From Minisyncoccia bacterium (GTDB lineage: Bacteria; Patescibacteriota; Minisyncoccia; Phycocordibacterales; UBA918): a stretch of 61,107 nt of DNA. Below are positions 57,667 through 61,107 of the stretch, piece by piece. The position numbers and the translations under genes were made by a program. Every line of letters starts with the position of its first letter. Position 1 is the first letter of the stretch. The notes below the pieces were generated by a model. The model was not told the DNA's origin, did not search any database, and saw only the letters and a list, made by a program, of their open reading frames with translations. Location of the stretch: the NCBI GenBank assembly GCA_047639355.1, contig JBLIOC010000002.1, positions 1 through 61,107 of the forward strand, given 5' to 3'.

Positions 57667-58032
57667 ATGACATTTCCAACTATAAATTACAAATACAACG
57701 ATTTACCAGAAGCGCAAGCTTTAGCTCCTGTTGTGGACCAAAAAATGGCTGCTTTCGAAAAATATCTTCATGATAACAAGCCAGCTAGCTGTGATGTCGA
57801 ATTTCAAAAGGTAGCACCACGACAAAATGGGCAAATTTATCGAGTAGAGGTTAATTTAATTATTAACGGTACTTTGTTTCGGGCGGAAGCGACCGAAGAA
57901 AGTTTTGAAAAGGCAATTGATGAAGTTCGTAACGAGCTAGACAAGGAAATACGTAAAGCAAAAGAAAAGCAAGAGACGCTTGATAAACAAGCCGGAAGAG
58001 AGATGAAGGAAAAGATGTTAGATAGTGAGTGA
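57667..58032 (+). CDS. hpf: Ribosome hibernation-promoting factor (HPF/RaiA family, short form)
   Basis: 121 aa with the pattern ...YRVEVNL...GTLFRAEATEESFEKAIDEV..L. A terminator hairpin lies at about 58048-58082. Confidence 0.8.
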   Translation: MTFPTINYKYNDLPEAQALAPVVDQKMAAFEKYLHDNKPASCDVEFQKVAPRQNGQIYRVEVNLIINGTLFRAEATEESFEKAIDEVRNELDKEIRKAKEKQETLDKQAGREMKEKMLDSE

Positions 58033-58085
58033 TTATCAAGGTAAAGAAAAGACCCGAGAAGTTCTGCTTCTCGGGTCTTTTTTAC

Positions 58086-58970
58086 CTATGACAGCGAGTT
58101 TAAATAATCCAAAAAATCAACTTCTTTCTTACCTTCGGGTATAACTCTGAGTAGAAGTAACGAGCCCCCGTTTGTCAGTTCAGCTTGTTTTATTTTTACG
58201 CGTTTTTCGTTATGTATAAAAAATGTGTCACCAGTACCGGCAAAGGCATTAATTGTGTGCCAGATCTGCTTGGCTTGTCTACCGCTAGGTAAGGAGCCTG
58301 GATTAAGTTCAAGTTGACGAGCAGATGGGTCGAGTTTCTTGCAATAGGTAGCAGCTTCTTGGTCTTGCTCTTGAGGAGAAAGCTCATCGTTCAACCAGGC
58401 TGGTAAAACCTCAGCCAAAAGCTTGCCGCCAAGGCTGGCTAGCTTTTGATCTAGTTTTGGTCCGCTCATTGGCCAGTTCGCATCTGTTAGATGTAGTTGC
58501 TCTTGCTCAAGTATAGGCCCATGGTCCATCTCTTCATCCATAAGCATGATGGTAACTCCGACATCTTCGGGTAAATTATCCAGAATAGCAGTTCGAATCG
58601 GACTGGCGCCTCGGAGCTTAGGTAAAAGGGAAGGGTGAATGTTCACCACACCATGTTTTGGTATTTCGAGCAGCCAGGATGGCAATATGGAGTTATAAGC
58701 CACTACTACAAACACATCCCAGTCTGCCTCTTTAAGCTTTTCACGAGCTACATCATCGTTCCTGTAAGTAGTTGGCTGAAAGGTTTCTATTCCTTCTTGT
58801 TCGGCCCAGACTTTTAATGGCGGTGGAGTGAGGGTTTGACCCCGACCGCTCGGGCGGTCTGGGTTACAAATAACCAAAGATGGGACAAGCCCCACATCTT
58901 TGAGTTTTTCAAGTACAGGAACAGCTAGTGGCTCACCACCAAAATATACAAATTTAAATGAATTATTCAT
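58086..58970 (-). CDS. fmt: Methionyl-tRNA formyltransferase
   Basis: Starts MNNSFKFVYFGG. It has HPSLLPKLRGASPI and a C-terminal Fmt domain. The ORF extends to 59054, but the N-terminal extension looks spurious. Confidence 0.85.
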   Translation of the reverse strand: MNNSFKFVYFGGEPLAVPVLEKLKDVGLVPSLVICNPDRPSGRGQTLTPPPLKVWAEQEGIETFQPTTYRNDDVAREKLKEADWDVFVVVAYNSILPSWLLEIPKHGVVNIHPSLLPKLRGASPIRTAILDNLPEDVGVTIMLMDEEMDHGPILEQEQLHLTDANWPMSGPKLDQKLASLGGKLLAEVLPAWLNDELSPQEQDQEAATYCKKLDPSARQLELNPGSLPSGRQAKQIWHTINAFAGTGDTFFIHNEKRVKIKQAELTNGGSLLLLRVIPEGKKEVDFLDYLNSLS

Positions 58971-59046
58971 ACTCTTACGAGTCAATATAACAGAAAAGGG
59001 TATTTTCACAAATAAAAATGGAGGACGTGATGTCCTCCATGTCACG

Positions 59047-59784
59047 CTACGCACTTAATATGCGTTGCGCCAATTCTTTGTTTCTTTGATGATTATCCTG
59101 TTCCGGATTTACTATATAGGGCTCCCCAACGTAAATGGTAATTCTATGAAATTGAGTAATCCAAATCCACAAGGCTTTCTTGAAGCCGTTATCTTTCTTT
59201 CGAAACGGCACGTCTATCCAAATAGGAATTATACGAGCACCAGCCTTAAGTGCCAGGTCGGTAACTTGAGTATTAGCTAGGCGGCGTATTTTTCGATTAC
59301 CCAGCTTGCCAAATCTCTTATTCGACACTTGATTTTTTCGAGCCACGCTGTCTGTTCTACCTCCTTCAGGATGTATCACCACTGTGGCCCCGGATTCGAG
59401 AGTACTAATTATCTCAACTATTGCCGAATTATTGCTACCACTGTTCCGATTAACTTTTATGCTATGAGATACTTCATAGAGCCACCTTAGCCATTTTGGG
59501 AAAAGAGCCTCGTCTGGCACGCTCCATACAAAATAGCGTTTAGGGTCAAACAGCATCCAAGGTCCTAGCATTGCGGGAATGAGAAACCCTTCTAAAAGAG
59601 TCGGGTGATTAGCAGCAATAATAAGCCGGCCGCTAGTAACTGCACGAAATAGTTTTCTGTATCCATTTATGCGAATGTAGCCTAATAGGTATAATGTCCA
59701 AAAGATCGCACTGTTGATGTGTCCAAACACTAGTATAAATATAAACGTACCAGCGGTACGCTGGAAACGCTTTAAATTAAACAT
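59047..59784 (-). CDS. Lysophospholipid (1-acyl-glycerol-3-phosphate) acyltransferase-like protein
   Basis: 245 aa with NHPTLLEG (HX4D/E-type box) and HPEGGRT, and an N-terminal TM segment. Confidence 0.6.
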   Translation of the reverse strand: MFNLKRFQRTAGTFIFILVFGHINSAIFWTLYLLGYIRINGYRKLFRAVTSGRLIIAANHPTLLEGFLIPAMLGPWMLFDPKRYFVWSVPDEALFPKWLRWLYEVSHSIKVNRNSGSNNSAIVEIISTLESGATVVIHPEGGRTDSVARKNQVSNKRFGKLGNRKIRRLANTQVTDLALKAGARIIPIWIDVPFRKKDNGFKKALWIWITQFHRITIYVGEPYIVNPEQDNHQRNKELAQRILSA

Positions 59785-59846
59785 TAGTATATTACCTCAG
59801 TAGTTTTCTATGAAAACAGTACTTTAATGTAGCCTATAGTCAAGTG

Positions 59847-60362
59847 CTACTCAATAAGAGGTTCTTCATCCTTGCTCCAGGTTTTTTCAGCTCTGTCGAC
59901 AAAAAGAGTGCCGTCCAAGTGGTCACATTCGTGTTGCATTATTTGAGCTAATAATCCGCCGGCGCCGCGAGTGTAGGACTTTCCGTTTTCGTCTAGTGCG
60001 GTGATGGTGACGTTTCTGTGGCGGATAACAACACCATAAGTATCAGGAACTGATAAACATCCTTCACCAACTTCGTGTGTTTTCTTTGAATATTTTGTTA
60101 TTCGTGGATTGATAGCTACGAGAGAAGGAAGGGCGCCTTCACGTTCACTGTTTTGATCTTCGATTAAAAATAGGCGCTTTGCAACGCCTATTTGTGGAGC
60201 CGCTATTGCAACAGCGGCATAACCATCAACATCGTATGTTTTAATTGCCTCCCTCATCCCCTTCAAAATTTTTGCAACTGTTCCATCAGAAAACTCATCA
60301 ACCGTAATTTCTTCGGAGATGGTATGTAGAGCAGGGTGTGTTTCTGGTACTAACTTGGCCAT
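59847..60362 (-). CDS. def: Peptide deformylase
   Basis: 171 aa with the motifs GVAAPQIG-type (IAAPQIGV), EGCLSVP and QHECDHLDG. Confidence 0.9.
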   Translation of the reverse strand: MAKLVPETHPALHTISEEITVDEFSDGTVAKILKGMREAIKTYDVDGYAAVAIAAPQIGVAKRLFLIEDQNSEREGALPSLVAINPRITKYSKKTHEVGEGCLSVPDTYGVVIRHRNVTITALDENGKSYTRGAGGLLAQIMQHECDHLDGTLFVDRAEKTWSKDEEPLIE

Positions 60363-60396
60363 AATTTTCTACTATAGCAAACCGTAGAGGGTTTTA

Positions 60397-61107
60397 CTAT
60401 ACGATTCGCTCTGGATTGATTTCAATTTTTGCATATGGTGGTAAGGTTCGCAGTTTTATTAAAAGATTGTTATATGTTTCTACGTCATCCGTTGGGACCC
60501 TAATCAATCCGTGTCTATTTGTCTTACTATTAGATGAGTTTGGATTGTTGTAGTATTGGACACTAAAATCTGACAAGCAGGCAGAAATATGTTTCTCAAG
60601 TTCAATTACAGAGGTGGCTGTACCGACCCAGGTCACCAAGACGAATCTACTATACGGCGGATACTGAAGCATTTGCCTGAGAGCTATTTCGTCGTCATAA
60701 AAACGTTCTAGGGCACCGCGGGTAGCATGAATTATTAGATTGTCCGCTTTGGCTCTGGTTTGTATGACAACTTCTTTTTTTGTACATTCACGCAATCTTA
60801 AGAGTAGTCTAAATAAAGACTCATCTGCTCGCCAAGTAGGGATAGCTCGGGCTGCATCGAGCGATATAATAGCACTCACATCGACTCCTTGGCTTAAAAA
60901 AGGCAAGGCCATTTGAGTGCCTATTAGTACACCAGAACGTTTTGCAAAAAATTCATTGGCAATTTTCTCAGCCTGTTTGGAAGTTGTGGCGGTATTGCTG
61001 TCAATTATAGTGATGTCCGTATCAGGCATTTTGCTAATCCACTCGTCATAAACACTCTGGATACCAATACCTCGTTCGCGTAGTCGCCATGAGCCACATT
61101 CAGAACA
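60397..61107 (-). CDS. priA: Primosomal protein N' (PriA), C-terminal part; 5' end outside the window
   Basis: The reading frame is open to the window edge (..CSECGSWRLRERGIGIQSVYDEWISKMPDTDITIID..). It has helicase C-terminal motifs (LIGTQM) and shows priA-def-fmt synteny. Confidence 0.75.
   Translation of the reverse strand, partial: CSECGSWRLRERGIGIQSVYDEWISKMPDTDITIIDSNTATTSKQAEKIANEFFAKRSGVLIGTQMALPFLSQGVDVSAIISLDAARAIPTWRADESLFRLLLRLRECTKKEVVIQTRAKADNLIIHATRGALERFYDDEIALRQMLQYPPYSRFVLVTWVGTATSVIELEKHISACLSDFSVQYYNNPNSSNSKTNRHGLIRVPTDDVETYNNLLIKLRTLPPYAKIEINPERIV

Noticed and set aside
1-61107. Alternative genetic code (UGA recoding, as in some CPR lineages)
   Set aside because: Long conserved genes are intact under the standard code, and TGA terminates at least some well-bounded ORFs (for example 9979-10179).

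Overview
This is a 61-kb window of a low-GC, gene-dense bacterial genome that uses the standard genetic code (TGA is a stop). The gene content suggests a Patescibacteria/CPR-type organism, though this is inference. It includes a short IF-2, seven small VirB2/TrbC-like 'pilin' membrane proteins, FtsA/FtsZ, ClpB, GyrA, S1, S21, Pth, LepB, YbeY, Def/Fmt/PriA, and little metabolism.

I place six tRNA genes by hand folding: Tyr-GTA, Cys-GCA, Leu-TAA, Lys-CTT, Leu-TAG and Glu-TTC. From tRNA-Glu (33.1 kb) to about 57 kb the content looks accessory. It holds an IS30-family element, a GC-richer ice-binding-like beta-helix protein, an oxidoreductase, a CPA2 antiporter, a YbbA/YbbP/TesA-like trio, a SOUL/TspO/DUF2177/DUF1295 membrane cluster, a DUF4105 plus YiiX-like pair, and several orphan genes.

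The most unusual signal is not protein-coding. It is a plus-strand family of at least 10 structured repeat units (about 105-200 nt) that mostly sit just downstream of tRNA genes. Each unit ends in a copy of a tRNA T-stem/acceptor 3' end. On paper each folds into a tRNA-minihelix-like closing helix with a conserved three-way junction inserted where the T-loop would be. Three of the helices show compensatory changes between copies, and one filled-site/empty-site pair is present. I cannot match this family to any RNA class I know.

Other items are a sugar transferase split by a frameshift at an A7 run, a pilin paralogue array with a 199-bp near-identical segment, a stand-alone promoter/SD/20-codon-ORF/terminator cassette, and a degenerate HisRS-like protein.
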